Assembly: GCA_964403155.1 (NCBI GenBank)
Contig: CAYOEG010000001.1
Coordinates: forward strand, 21,550-85,549
From: an uncultured Candidatus Saccharibacteria bacterium
GTDB taxonomy: Bacteria; Patescibacteriota; Dojkabacteria; SC72
Length of the DNA: 64,000 nt
Direction of reading: 5' to 3'
In this document: positions 49,016-59,448 of the stretch, one piece after another
Layout of the letters: the number at the start of each line of letters is the position of its first letter
How positions within the stretch are numbered: position 1 is the stretch's first letter
Made by a program: the position numbers and the translations under genes
Notes under the pieces: model-generated
Databases searched by the model: none
What the model was told of the DNA's origin: nothing
The model's input: only the letters and a program-made list of their open reading frames with translations

Positions 49016-50536
49016 CTAACTCTTTAATAATCTTAAAACTTCCTCTGGGAATACAGCATATTCCTGTGCTTTTTGTACAGAAATTACGCCTTCTCTAACC
49101 AAATTCACCAAAGATTTTTCTAAAGATACCATACCAATATCTGAGCTTGTTCTAATGACATTATCTATCTGGTTGGTTTTACCTTCCCGTATTAGATTGC
49201 CAACAGCAGAGTTCTTTAACATAATTTCTGATACTGCTCTTCTTCCACCTTTATCCAGGGGCAGTAGTCTTTGTGCTACAACCGCTTCCAAAATATTTGC
49301 CAACTGCGCTCGAACCTGTGGTTGCTGGTTTTCTGGGAATACATCAATTACACGATCAATTGTCTGAGAAGCACTATTTGTATGCAATGTAGCAAATACC
49401 AAATGCCCCGTTTCAGCAAGAGTGATAGTTGCGGAGATGGTCTCGTAATCTCTCATTTCTCCCACAAGTAGAACATCAGGATCTTGTCTCAGAGCACTTC
49501 TCAATGCTATTTCCCAAGAGTGAGTATCATCATTCATCTCTCTTTGATCTATAAGCGATTTCTTCCCCTCAAACACGTATTCAATAGGGTCTTCTATTGT
49601 TACTAGGTGACAGAATCTTGTCCTGTTTATATCTTCTAGAATACTTGCCAAAGTAGTACTTTTTCCATGGCCTGTAGGTCCTGTTACCAATACCAAACCT
49701 TGCTTTAATTTCGCAAATTGATGGTACATCTGAGGTAGCATCAATTCTTCTATTGTCCTTATCCTTGATGGAATCAATCTCAATGCTGCGCATAGATTCT
49801 TCATAGAATAGAACGCATTGACTCTGAAACGTGCATTAACTGCTCCCTGATATGTATATGCAAAATCTATCTCTCTATTAACTTCCAATAACTCTTTCTT
49901 CTCATCATTTAACACAGAGAATATTAATTCCTCGGCATCTTCAGGATTAAGGATTCTATCACCAACCTCTTCTAATTCACCATCTATCCTGATGATTGGG
50001 GGATAACCTGCAGCGATATGCAAATCTGATGCATTTCTATTGATAGTTAAACTCAACAGGTCTTCCATTCGATACTTACCATCATTGGTTCCATTAATCG
50101 AATAGTTATTAGTGCTAGTATTAGACATTCCATCTTTCAAGGTATCAGCCACATCATTTACCTTAACAGGGGCAGCAAGATTACTTTCCTTTGGTGCTCG
50201 CTCCATAGCCTTCGGTTTTTTGAAATCAGGCATGATCTCCTCTAGACTCCCAGCGGATCTTCCTAAAGAACTAGATGTCATAGTTGATGATGGTATAGGG
50301 GCAGGGGCATCTGGAATTATGCCTGCATCTACTGTAGGAACTTTTTCCTCGAGATTTGGCAATGGCGTGGGTTGAGCGGTGTATGATTTTTCATCATTAT
50401 TTATCTCGTCAATCTTTTGAGCCAATTTTGCGATATCATCATTTGGGTTAGTAGGAGTAATAGTACTTGGGCTAGGCATACTTGTATACCCGAATTTCAC
50501 GCTATTATCTTGTACTGGGGCAGTATTATTATCCAT
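49016..50536 (-). CDS. pilT: Type IV pilus retraction ATPase with long N-terminal extension
   Basis: ASDLH, TGPTGHGKSTT, TIEDPIE, ALRQDPDV, AETGHLVFATLHT, NLIREGK. Confidence 0.95.
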   Translation of the reverse strand: MDNNTAPVQDNSVKFGYTSMPSPSTITPTNPNDDIAKLAQKIDEINNDEKSYTAQPTPLPNLEEKVPTVDAGIIPDAPAPIPSSTMTSSSLGRSAGSLEEIMPDFKKPKAMERAPKESNLAAPVKVNDVADTLKDGMSNTSTNNYSINGTNDGKYRMEDLLSLTINRNASDLHIAAGYPPIIRIDGELEEVGDRILNPEDAEELIFSVLNDEKKELLEVNREIDFAYTYQGAVNARFRVNAFYSMKNLCAALRLIPSRIRTIEELMLPQMYHQFAKLKQGLVLVTGPTGHGKSTTLASILEDINRTRFCHLVTIEDPIEYVFEGKKSLIDQREMNDDTHSWEIALRSALRQDPDVLLVGEMRDYETISATITLAETGHLVFATLHTNSASQTIDRVIDVFPENQQPQVRAQLANILEAVVAQRLLPLDKGGRRAVSEIMLKNSAVGNLIREGKTNQIDNVIRTSSDIGMVSLEKSLVNLVREGVISVQKAQEYAVFPEEVLRLLKS

Positions 50537-50559
50537 TCTTTATATGTTATATCAAAAAT

Positions 50560-52377
50560 TTACTCTTTTGACACTCTCATTACTTCCTCAATCGTGGTAA
50601 TACCTTCTAGTGCCTTAAGGTAACCATCTTCCAACATAGTTAGCATTCCTTGTTCTTGAGCAACTTTCTCAATATCTTTATCCGTAACACTCTGCATCAT
50701 CATCCTACTGATTTTGTCATTGACATCTAGAACCTCAAAAATGCCGATTCTTCCAGAATATCCTGTCCCTCCACATTTATCACAGCCTTTGCCTCGATAG
50801 AGGTAGAAGACAGGTTGTCCATCCGGTCCTACTTCTGGAGGTCTAAACACGGGAGGTCTTTTTACGAAATTAGATTCTGTTTCATTATTACCTGCATTCG
50901 CAACTCTCGATAGATATTGCACGATATCGAAATTAGGGATACTGCTTAATTCTTCTTGAATATCCTTAACTAATTCTGGTGTCGCTTGATATGCCTCAAT
51001 ACAATGCTCACATACCTTCCTAGGCAATCTTTGTGCTGCAATAGTTCTGATTGTAGAAGAAAGAAGATATGGTTCTATACCCATGTCCAAAAGTCTTGGT
51101 ATAGCTGCTGCTGCACTATTTGTGTGCAGAGTAGAAAGAACCAAGTGACCCGTTAGAGAAGCTTGGACAGCTAACTGTGCTGTTTCTTGATCACGGATTT
51201 CACCGACCATAACGATGTCAGGGTCTTGTCTTAGCACGGATCGTAAACCTGTTGCGAAAGTTAAACCAGCATCTGGATTGATCTGTACCTGAGTAACACC
51301 TGGGACACGGATTTCAACAGGGTTTTCCAATGATATGATATTTACTTTAGAGTCATTTACCTTCATAAGGGAACATGCCAATGTACGAGTCTTACCACTA
51401 CCTGTAGGTCCCGTAACCAAGACAATACCATTGGTTACAGACAGGCCATCCAAAAATAGCTTGTATGCATGGCCTCTGAGACCAGTAGCCTCTAAAGTAA
51501 TACCCGCAGTATCTGATTCTAGAAGACGCATAACTACTTTTTCTCCATATATCGTCGGCATAGTAGATACACGCAAGTCTATCTTTACACCATTGACTTT
51601 AATTGGGAATCTTCCATCTTGAGGAATACGTTTTTCATCAATTTTTAAGTTAGAAAGAATTTTAACTCTGGATATAATTGCGGGATTTAGAGTAGGGGGA
51701 AGCGTTAGTCTTTCTGTCATAACACCATTGATTCTGAATCTTACCCGAGTCTTCTTTTCCATTGGTTCAATATGGATATCTGAAGCTTTGGATATTGCAG
51801 CATATTGAAGGATGGCATTCACTATTCTTGCGATAGGGGCAGCAGCCAAATCTCCGCTTGCCAAAATATTGGGGTCCTCATTTATCTCTGTAACTGGCAT
51901 CTCCACATCTTCCAAAGCAGCAGTTACCTCCGTACTCATTGTTTCTCCAACTCTTCGATCCAGGATATATCCTATGCTATCTGGAGTTGTAATATACACT
52001 TGTATTTTTGTTCCAGTCGGATATTTTCTCTGCAAAGCCTGTGTCGCTTGGATATCAAATGGATCCTGCATTGCAATCTTTACAAAATCCTGACCTCTTT
52101 CAAATGGCACCGCACGATATTTCTGTAGTGCATCAACACTAACCTCAGCAATTATGCTTTCTTGGATAGTAATTGTCTTAAGATCTACATATGGGATTCC
52201 GAATATTTCTGCTTTAGCTTGAGCTATCTGCTCTTCGTTAGCCAACACTAACTCCCTGATTATGACTTCCTCGCTTTTTTGGCTACGACTACGTTCAACT
52301 AGAACTTTTCTAGCATCGTCTTCTTTTATAATTCCCTTTGCTTGGAAATATTTTAGGAGTGAGCTTCCTGTGACCAT
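50560..52377 (-). CDS. pilB: Type IV pilus assembly ATPase (PilB/GspE)
   Basis: ASDIHIEP, PQDGR, TGPTGSGKT, LRQDPD...GEIRD, CEHC/CDKC. Confidence 0.95.
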   Translation of the reverse strand: MVTGSSLLKYFQAKGIIKEDDARKVLVERSRSQKSEEVIIRELVLANEEQIAQAKAEIFGIPYVDLKTITIQESIIAEVSVDALQKYRAVPFERGQDFVKIAMQDPFDIQATQALQRKYPTGTKIQVYITTPDSIGYILDRRVGETMSTEVTAALEDVEMPVTEINEDPNILASGDLAAAPIARIVNAILQYAAISKASDIHIEPMEKKTRVRFRINGVMTERLTLPPTLNPAIISRVKILSNLKIDEKRIPQDGRFPIKVNGVKIDLRVSTMPTIYGEKVVMRLLESDTAGITLEATGLRGHAYKLFLDGLSVTNGIVLVTGPTGSGKTRTLACSLMKVNDSKVNIISLENPVEIRVPGVTQVQINPDAGLTFATGLRSVLRQDPDIVMVGEIRDQETAQLAVQASLTGHLVLSTLHTNSAAAAIPRLLDMGIEPYLLSSTIRTIAAQRLPRKVCEHCIEAYQATPELVKDIQEELSSIPNFDIVQYLSRVANAGNNETESNFVKRPPVFRPPEVGPDGQPVFYLYRGKGCDKCGGTGYSGRIGIFEVLDVNDKISRMMMQSVTDKDIEKVAQEQGMLTMLEDGYLKALEGITTIEEVMRVSKE

Positions 52378-52464
52378 TTGGGCAGTTATATTCGATTATG
52401 TAATACTCATTCAGTTTATGATAATAGAGGAGGGGAGTCAATAAATATACTAGTTTGATATTGG

Positions 52465-52484
52465 GGGCAGACCTAGGTCTGCCC
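52465..52484. repeat. Perfect 20 bp GC-rich palindrome in a divergent promoter region
   Basis: GGGCAGACCTAGGTCTGCCC. Confidence 0.8.
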
Positions 52485-52506
52485 TGAGCATATGGTAGAA
52501 TGAGAT

Positions 52507-53199
52507 ATGACATACCTCTTGATCAGTAAAGATAATCAAACACAAGCAGAATATTTAAAACCATTCCTTTCGGGGATATTAGAAAAAGATATCCTTGAAA
52601 TTCAAGAATCTCCAGATATACACATACTTGATAGGCGAGAGGAGAACAGTATTGGTATAGAGGATGTAAAAGATTTTCTAAAGGAGATGATTTACAAGCC
52701 TTTCAATGGAGAGAGGCAGATTGCAATAATATATGAAGCAGAGAAACTCACACCACAAGCCCAAAATTCGCTATTAAAAACACTCGAAGAGAGCAACGAC
52801 GACACGATATATATATTGTGCGTAGACAATGAAAAGAATGTTTTACCAACGATATATTCTAGATCGAAGCCAGTATATATTGCGCAAGAATACAAAGCAC
52901 AGGAAGTAATTTCAAAACCACAGATTTTCGATATGGATCTCGTTGAACAGTTTAATCATATTGATGTAATATCTAAAGGAAAGCAGGCATGTTTAGAGTT
53001 TTTAGACTCTATTGAGACATATATTAAAACAGAACTTGAAAAGGAAATAAAAAATGATAATATTAATAGCTCTAGAGTAATATCAGAGCGATTGAAAGAG
53101 ATACAAGATACAAGAGAAAAAATAAATAGTAATTGTAACAAAAAGCTTGTATTGGAGGCATTAGTTATATCTCTAAATGCTTCACATTTTCACCCATAA
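52507..53199 (+). CDS. holB: DNA polymerase III delta-prime-like protein (reduced)
   Basis: PDIH, SIGIEDV, AEKLTPQAQNSLLKTLEE, LPTIYSRS. Confidence 0.8.
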   Translation: MTYLLISKDNQTQAEYLKPFLSGILEKDILEIQESPDIHILDRREENSIGIEDVKDFLKEMIYKPFNGERQIAIIYEAEKLTPQAQNSLLKTLEESNDDTIYILCVDNEKNVLPTIYSRSKPVYIAQEYKAQEVISKPQIFDMDLVEQFNHIDVISKGKQACLEFLDSIETYIKTELEKEIKNDNINSSRVISERLKEIQDTREKINSNCNKKLVLEALVISLNASHFHP

Positions 53200-53254
53200 A
53201 GGGTAAAATATAGGGTATTTTGAACCAGTAAATTAAATTGCAAAAATCAGATTA

Positions 53255-55165
53255 ATGGTAAAGAAGGACGAGTACGGAGCATCAAATATTCAAGTATTAA
53301 AAGGATTAGAGGCCGTAAGAAAAAGGCCAGCAATGTACATCGGTTCTACTGATAAATTTGGGTTACACCATATTTTCACTGAAATTTTGGATAACTCTGT
53401 TGATGAAGCAATTGCAGGATATTGTTCACATATCTGGGTAACATTTAATAAGGACGGATCTCTAACTGTAAAAGATAATGCGCGAGGTATTCCAGTAGCA
53501 ATTCACCCAGAAACAAAGGTCTCCACACTTGAAACCGTTATGACTAATCTTCATGCAGGAGGGAAATTTGATTCAACCGCATACAAAGTATCAGGTGGTT
53601 TACATGGTGTTGGTATGAAATGTACAAATGCACTTTCAGAATGGATGGTGACAACTGTTCGAAGAGATGGTGGCATATTTCAACAAAGATACGAAAGAGG
53701 TGTCCCTGTAGCACCAGTAAAGCAGATTGGTGAATCTACTGAAACAGGAACAGAACATACGTTTAAACCAGACAATGAGATATTTAATACTATCGAGTTT
53801 GATTTTCATACTATTGTTAAAAGTTGTAGACAACATGCATATTTAACAGCAGGATTGAGGATTTCTGTGATAGACGATAGAGGAGAAAAACCAAAGACAT
53901 ACGATGTATATTTCGAAGATGGTATTAAATCATATGTACAGTTCTTAGTAGTTGATGAGAAACCTATTGGCGGAGAGCCATTCTACATGAACAAAACCGA
54001 CGAAGGAGTAGTCGTAGAAATTGCAATGCAATACACTGATAGTCTAGAAGAGGATGTTCGTTGCTATACCAACAACATTACCAATCCAGAGGGTGGTACT
54101 CATTTAGTTGGTTTTAGAACAGCTTTAACTAGCGCTCTCAATTCATACGCTCAGAAATCAGAACTCCTAAAGGGGTTGAATAGCGGATTAAGTGGTGATG
54201 ATGTAAGAGAAGGATTGACAGCAGTTATTTCCGTAAAAGTTCCAGATCCTCAGTTTGAGGGGCAAACTAAAATCAAATTGAATAATCCTGAAGTAAAGAG
54301 TATTGTCGCTAGAGTTGTAAGAGATGAATTACTGACATATTTAGAAGAGCACCCGCAAGAAGCGAAATCCATTATCGGAAAAGCTGTTCTTTCTAATAAA
54401 GCAAAAGCTGCAGCAAAGGCTGCGAGAGATGCTGTTATTAGAAAAAGCGCGTTAGAAACAACAACACTGCCAGGTAAACTGTCTGATTGTAGTAGTAAAG
54501 ATCCATCCGAAAGTGAGCTATTCATAGTAGAGGGAGATTCAGCAGGTGGAAGTGCAAAACAGGGTAGGGATAGACATATTCAAGCTATACTCCCACTTAG
54601 GGGGAAAATTTTAAATACACACAAGTATAGAGTAGATAGAGTATTAACAAATGAAGAGTTTAACAATATTACAACGGCACTTGGTGTTGGTATTGGCGAT
54701 AGCTTGGATGTAAAGAAATTGAGATATCACAAGATCATAATCATGAGCGATGCAGATGTTGATGGTTTACATATTACAGACTTAGTATTGACCTTACTAT
54801 TCAGATTCTTCAGACCATTAATAGAGCAAGGTTATGTGTATGTTGCTCAACCTCCTCTACATAAGGTAGAGATTGGAAAGAAAAAATACTACTTCCTAAG
54901 TGATGGAGAAAAGGATGATTTTGTTAAAGAAGCGAAGAAGGAAGGGAAGGTTCCTGTTGCAAATAGATTTAAAGGTTTGGGAGAGATGAATCCAGATCAG
55001 TTATGGGAGACTACTATGGATCCACAGAGAAGGGTGCTAAAGAGAGTACATATTGAAGATGCAGAAGAAGCTGAGAAGACATTTGAAATGCTTATGGGTA
55101 ATGAGGTTCCTCCTAGAAGGAGATTTATTCAGACTTATGCTACTAAAGCTAATTTAGATATTTAA
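53255..55165 (+). CDS. gyrB: DNA gyrase subunit B
   Basis: GLEAVRKRPAMYIG, EILDNSVDE, GGLHGVG, VEGDSAGG, PLRGK, DADVDG, RFKGLGEM. Confidence 0.97.
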   Translation: MVKKDEYGASNIQVLKGLEAVRKRPAMYIGSTDKFGLHHIFTEILDNSVDEAIAGYCSHIWVTFNKDGSLTVKDNARGIPVAIHPETKVSTLETVMTNLHAGGKFDSTAYKVSGGLHGVGMKCTNALSEWMVTTVRRDGGIFQQRYERGVPVAPVKQIGESTETGTEHTFKPDNEIFNTIEFDFHTIVKSCRQHAYLTAGLRISVIDDRGEKPKTYDVYFEDGIKSYVQFLVVDEKPIGGEPFYMNKTDEGVVVEIAMQYTDSLEEDVRCYTNNITNPEGGTHLVGFRTALTSALNSYAQKSELLKGLNSGLSGDDVREGLTAVISVKVPDPQFEGQTKIKLNNPEVKSIVARVVRDELLTYLEEHPQEAKSIIGKAVLSNKAKAAAKAARDAVIRKSALETTTLPGKLSDCSSKDPSESELFIVEGDSAGGSAKQGRDRHIQAILPLRGKILNTHKYRVDRVLTNEEFNNITTALGVGIGDSLDVKKLRYHKIIIMSDADVDGLHITDLVLTLLFRFFRPLIEQGYVYVAQPPLHKVEIGKKKYYFLSDGEKDDFVKEAKKEGKVPVANRFKGLGEMNPDQLWETTMDPQRRVLKRVHIEDAEEAEKTFEMLMGNEVPPRRRFIQTYATKANLDI

Positions 55166-55183
55166 ATTTTTTATCTTTATATT

Positions 55184-55600
55184 ATGAATTTTTCACAAAC
55201 AGAATCTGACAGTATGGGTACAGAATCGACACCCGAATACAAACTCCTTTACGATACACATCTAGCTACGGAAAGAGGGGTAAACACAGATCAGATAATT
55301 GGAGCATTAAGCGAAGATCCGAATCAAGCACCGTATAAAGTTCTTACTTATGTTAAAGAACAAGGTTTCCTTATCTCTATCTCTGAAGATCCGACATTAC
55401 CAAATAACCTCCAAGCAAATTTCATAGATAATGTGAATACTCCACACGGAAGTATTCTCCTCGCAAGAACTGAGAATAAAGAAGATGCGGCACGTCATTT
55501 TAAAATAGAAGATAAGACATTTAATACTCTAACGTCTTTGATTATAGACCCCGATGTCGCTAAAGCTAATGTAGAAACAAAACTAGGACACGCACGCTAA
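55184..55600 (+). CDS. Orphan hypothetical protein inserted between gyrB and gyrA
   Basis: 138 aa ORF filling the interval; no recognised motif. Confidence 0.6.
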   Translation: MNFSQTESDSMGTESTPEYKLLYDTHLATERGVNTDQIIGALSEDPNQAPYKVLTYVKEQGFLISISEDPTLPNNLQANFIDNVNTPHGSILLARTENKEDAARHFKIEDKTFNTLTSLIIDPDVAKANVETKLGHAR

Positions 55601-55604
55601 AACC

Positions 55605-58358
55605 ATGTCAGACGAAGAATTAAAAACCAAAATTGAAGAAACAACACAACCGGAATCTGTACAAGAGGAAAGTGGTGATATAGATTTTAACCTATCATTC
55701 AAACCAGGAGAGATAGCAGAACGCTCTATCGTGGATGAAATGAAGTCTAATTATATAGACTACTCTATGTCCGTCATTGTCTCTCGTGCATTACCAGAAG
55801 TGAAAGATGGTCTTAAACCATCTCAAAGAAGAATTCTCGTCGCAATGAATGACTTGGCCTTAACACCAAGTGCACACTACAGAAAATGTGCAAAGATCGC
55901 AGGTGATACATCAGGTAACTACCATCCACACGGAGAAGTAGTCATATACCCAACACTTGTAAAATTAGCACAAGACTTCTCCACAAGATATCAATTAGTA
56001 GATGGCCAAGGAAACTTTGGCTCAATCGATGGTGATGGTGCAGCAGCAATGAGATACACAGAGGCAAGAATGGGTAAGATGACAATGGAATTGCTTAGAG
56101 ATTTGAATAAAGGAACTGTAACCTTTGTACCAAACTATGATGGGACAAGATTAGAACCAACAGTACTTCCAGCCGCATTTCCAAATGTATTAGCAAATGG
56201 TGGTGATGGTATCGCAGTCGGTATGGCAACTAAGATTCCTCCTCACAACCTTAAGGAGCTAATCACTGCTTTGCAGGAGATGATAAAGCTTGGGAATACA
56301 TGGGAAGGCAATGCCGTTTACAATGATTTAAGAAAAACGAAAGAGGCAAAGGAAGTAATCCCACAGACATTGAGTTCCAAACCTGAAGATTACTATGAAA
56401 GCTATATAGATACTAATGATCTTGACTATCACAATACCCTTAAAGAACTCAGAGAGAAGATCACATTAGAGAACAACGTTTTGTACCCAGAATTTAAGTC
56501 CGATATTACACCGTCAGATTTGATTGAAATTATTCCAGGACCAGATTTTCCAACAGGTGGAATCATCTATGATCAGAAAGAAATTCTTAATGCGTATGCT
56601 ACTGGAAGAGGAAGAATATTACAGAGAGCAAAAGCTTCAATCGTAGAGGGAAAGCAAGGAAGATTTAATATTGTTGTAACAGAGATACCATTCCAGGTAA
56701 ACAAAGCACATATGATTGAAAAGATCGCAGATCTTGTCAAAGAAAAGAAATTGGAAGGAATTGCAGATATTAGAGATGAATCTAACCGAGAAGGTTTAAG
56801 AGTCGTCATCGTACTCAAGAAAGATGCTCAACCCAAAGCTGTATTAAACAAACTTTACAAATACACAGAGATGCAAAAGGTCTTCAATGCAAACATGATT
56901 GCATTGGTAGATCAACAACCTAAGACATTACCATTAAAGAGAATTTTAGAGCTATTCCTTTCTTTCAGACTAACAGTAACAATTAGGAGATATGAGTTTG
57001 ATTTAGCAGATGCAAGATTTAGAGCACATATATTAGAAGGCTTGCTTAAGGCCTTAGATCTTTTAGACGAGGTCATTGCAACAATTCGTGGATCTAAGAC
57101 TCAGGAAACTGCAAAAACCAACCTTATGGACAAGTTTAAATTCACGGATGTACAAGCACAAGCCATCTTGGATATGCAGTTAAGAAGATTAGCTGCACTT
57201 GAGAGAATGAAATTGGAGAATGAGTACAAGGAATTACAAGAGAATATTAAAACATACAATGAGATATTGGGTGATCAATCCAAGATTCTTGAGATTATTA
57301 ACACCGACTTAGAAGAGATCAAGACCAAACATGGAGATGACAGAAGAACAAAAGTTGTGAAAGGAAAGATTGATGAAATCTCCGAAGAAGATATGGTCGC
57401 ATCCGAGGACACCTTGGTCACAATTACACACACCGGATATGTTAAGCGATTACCACCTGATACATACAAATCACAAAAGCGCGGTGGAAAAGGTGTAAAT
57501 GGAGGGGATACAAAAGAAGGTGATTTCATAGAACACGCCTTCTTGTGTAATACACATGACGAGCTTCTTCTTTTTTCAAACAAGGGAAGGGTCTTCAATT
57601 TGAGAATATTTGAAATACCTGAATATGGGAGAACTGCAAAAGGATTACCACTTGTAAACCTAATACAGCTAGAACCTGATGAGATTGTGACTTCTGTATT
57701 AACTAGAAATCCAAAGGGCGATATCTCTACAAATACCGAGGGAGATTCTGTTAAGTACAAATACTTCTTAATGGTAACAGATAAAGGAACCATCAAAAAG
57801 ACAGAATTGGCGGAATTTGCAAAGATAAGATCTAATGGACTAACTGCTATCAAACTTGCTGCTGGTGACCAACTTTCATGGGTTAAGCCAACCACAGGAG
57901 AGGATGAGGTTTTGATTGTTACTGCAGAAGGTAAATCCGTAAGATTCAAGGAATCAGATGTAAGACCAATGGGTAGAAACACAATGGGTGTTACTGCTAT
58001 CAAATTCAAGTCCCAAACAGACTGTGTATCTGGAGTAGGGATAGTAAAAAATGATGAAATGAAGGTGCTTACACTTTCAGAAAATGGTTTTGGCAAGATG
58101 TCCTTACTTAAAGACTATCCATTACAAAAACGAGCGGGAACAGGCGTCTTTACATTTAGAGTAACTCCTAAGACAGGTAGAGTATCTACAGCAAGGATTA
58201 TTGAGCCAGATCAAGAAGAGATTGTTGTAATATCAGAGAAATCTAAGGTTATACGATCTGAACTTAAAGCAGTGCCTACGCTTGGGAGACAGACATCTGG
58301 TGTAAAGGTGATGCATTTAGATAATGAGGATAGGGTGGTGACAGTAGCACTGTTATAG
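55605..58358 (+). CDS. gyrA: DNA gyrase subunit A
   Basis: SRALP, DGLKP, YHPHG, AAMRYTE, GPDFPT, GyrA-box QKRGGKG. Confidence 0.97.
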   Translation: MSDEELKTKIEETTQPESVQEESGDIDFNLSFKPGEIAERSIVDEMKSNYIDYSMSVIVSRALPEVKDGLKPSQRRILVAMNDLALTPSAHYRKCAKIAGDTSGNYHPHGEVVIYPTLVKLAQDFSTRYQLVDGQGNFGSIDGDGAAAMRYTEARMGKMTMELLRDLNKGTVTFVPNYDGTRLEPTVLPAAFPNVLANGGDGIAVGMATKIPPHNLKELITALQEMIKLGNTWEGNAVYNDLRKTKEAKEVIPQTLSSKPEDYYESYIDTNDLDYHNTLKELREKITLENNVLYPEFKSDITPSDLIEIIPGPDFPTGGIIYDQKEILNAYATGRGRILQRAKASIVEGKQGRFNIVVTEIPFQVNKAHMIEKIADLVKEKKLEGIADIRDESNREGLRVVIVLKKDAQPKAVLNKLYKYTEMQKVFNANMIALVDQQPKTLPLKRILELFLSFRLTVTIRRYEFDLADARFRAHILEGLLKALDLLDEVIATIRGSKTQETAKTNLMDKFKFTDVQAQAILDMQLRRLAALERMKLENEYKELQENIKTYNEILGDQSKILEIINTDLEEIKTKHGDDRRTKVVKGKIDEISEEDMVASEDTLVTITHTGYVKRLPPDTYKSQKRGGKGVNGGDTKEGDFIEHAFLCNTHDELLLFSNKGRVFNLRIFEIPEYGRTAKGLPLVNLIQLEPDEIVTSVLTRNPKGDISTNTEGDSVKYKYFLMVTDKGTIKKTELAEFAKIRSNGLTAIKLAAGDQLSWVKPTTGEDEVLIVTAEGKSVRFKESDVRPMGRNTMGVTAIKFKSQTDCVSGVGIVKNDEMKVLTLSENGFGKMSLLKDYPLQKRAGTGVFTFRVTPKTGRVSTARIIEPDQEEIVVISEKSKVIRSELKAVPTLGRQTSGVKVMHLDNEDRVVTVALL

Positions 58359-58544
58359 AATCCTGACAATCTTAAATTTCTTTACCTGGTTATTCTCTAC
58401 AGCAATTGAGACCTGTTCGTTTAACTGATCGTATGTGATATTTGAAGGATATTTTATATTCCCTCTCTCGATCTGCTTAATAATATACTCGAGCTTTTTG
58501 TTCATAAGCTCCATGTTAAGAGCCATCTTTTTGATATCAATCAT
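58353..58544 (-). CDS. Small hypothetical protein (uncertain)
   Basis: Short ORF (MIDIKKMALNMELM...) filling the intergenic gap; no motif. Confidence 0.35.
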   Translation of the reverse strand: MIDIKKMALNMELMNKKLEYIIKQIERGNIKYPSNITYDQLNEQVSIAVENNQVKKFKIVRIL

Positions 58545-58654
58545 TTTTGATACTCCTAACAATTTATACACTTTAAGTATATTCCTTTGAAAATATATTT
58601 CATGACCGAAAATATGATATACACACCTTGTAATATTTTAGGATATAATGGGGG

Positions 58655-59446
58655 ATGAGAACTGCGCTTTTGGCTGTTGTAGCCTTTCTATCAACCTCTT
58701 TGAGACTATCTCCTGAAACTGCAACCACTATTAATATCTCGGATCAAGGAAATAACAACTTACCAGTAAACCAGCAGATTGTGGAATACACACTTAGTAC
58801 AGAAGTTAAGCCCATAAAAGCTTCAAGCGGGGGTATAAGGTGGTGGGGATATCCAGCAACTATATTAGAAGCAACTAGAAGTGGGGAGGATCTATTAGTT
58901 TTAGTTAATAAAGAATACAAGCTACCACAATCATATACACCTTCTGATTTAGTATTAGCTAGTAATGCAGGCATTAGAAGGGGAGGTAGCTACTATCTGA
59001 GATCCATATTAATAGATGACCTTAGAAATATGGTTAATGCTGCTATAGCAGATTCGATCGATCTAAGTATGGTATCGGGATACAGATCATACAGTACACA
59101 GGCTAGTACATATAACTATTGGGTAAGTGTTAATGGGCAGGATGGGGGAGATAAGATTTCTGCAAGACCTGGCCATAGCCAACATCAGTTGGGGACTGCG
59201 ATTGATTTTAGTAGTAGCGAGGTGTCAGATGGATTGGGTGGGAGTTTTTATACTACAAAGGCTGCAGCATGGTTGTATGAAAATTCATGGAAGTATGGTT
59301 TTGTTATTAGTTATCCTTCTGGTTACGAAGCAGTAACAGGATATAGTTATGAGAGTTGGCATTACAGATATATTGGGATTGCGAATGCAAAAGAGATGCA
59401 TGATAGTGGTATGATATTAGAATTATATTTGAGGAGTAAGAACTAA
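58655..59446 (+). CDS. D-alanyl-D-alanine carboxypeptidase, M15B (VanY-like)
   Basis: VLVNK, SGYRSY..Q, SARPGHSQHQLG.AID, YESWHYRYIG. Confidence 0.93.
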   Translation: MRTALLAVVAFLSTSLRLSPETATTINISDQGNNNLPVNQQIVEYTLSTEVKPIKASSGGIRWWGYPATILEATRSGEDLLVLVNKEYKLPQSYTPSDLVLASNAGIRRGGSYYLRSILIDDLRNMVNAAIADSIDLSMVSGYRSYSTQASTYNYWVSVNGQDGGDKISARPGHSQHQLGTAIDFSSSEVSDGLGGSFYTTKAAAWLYENSWKYGFVISYPSGYEAVTGYSYESWHYRYIGIANAKEMHDSGMILELYLRSKN

Positions 59447-59448
59447 CT

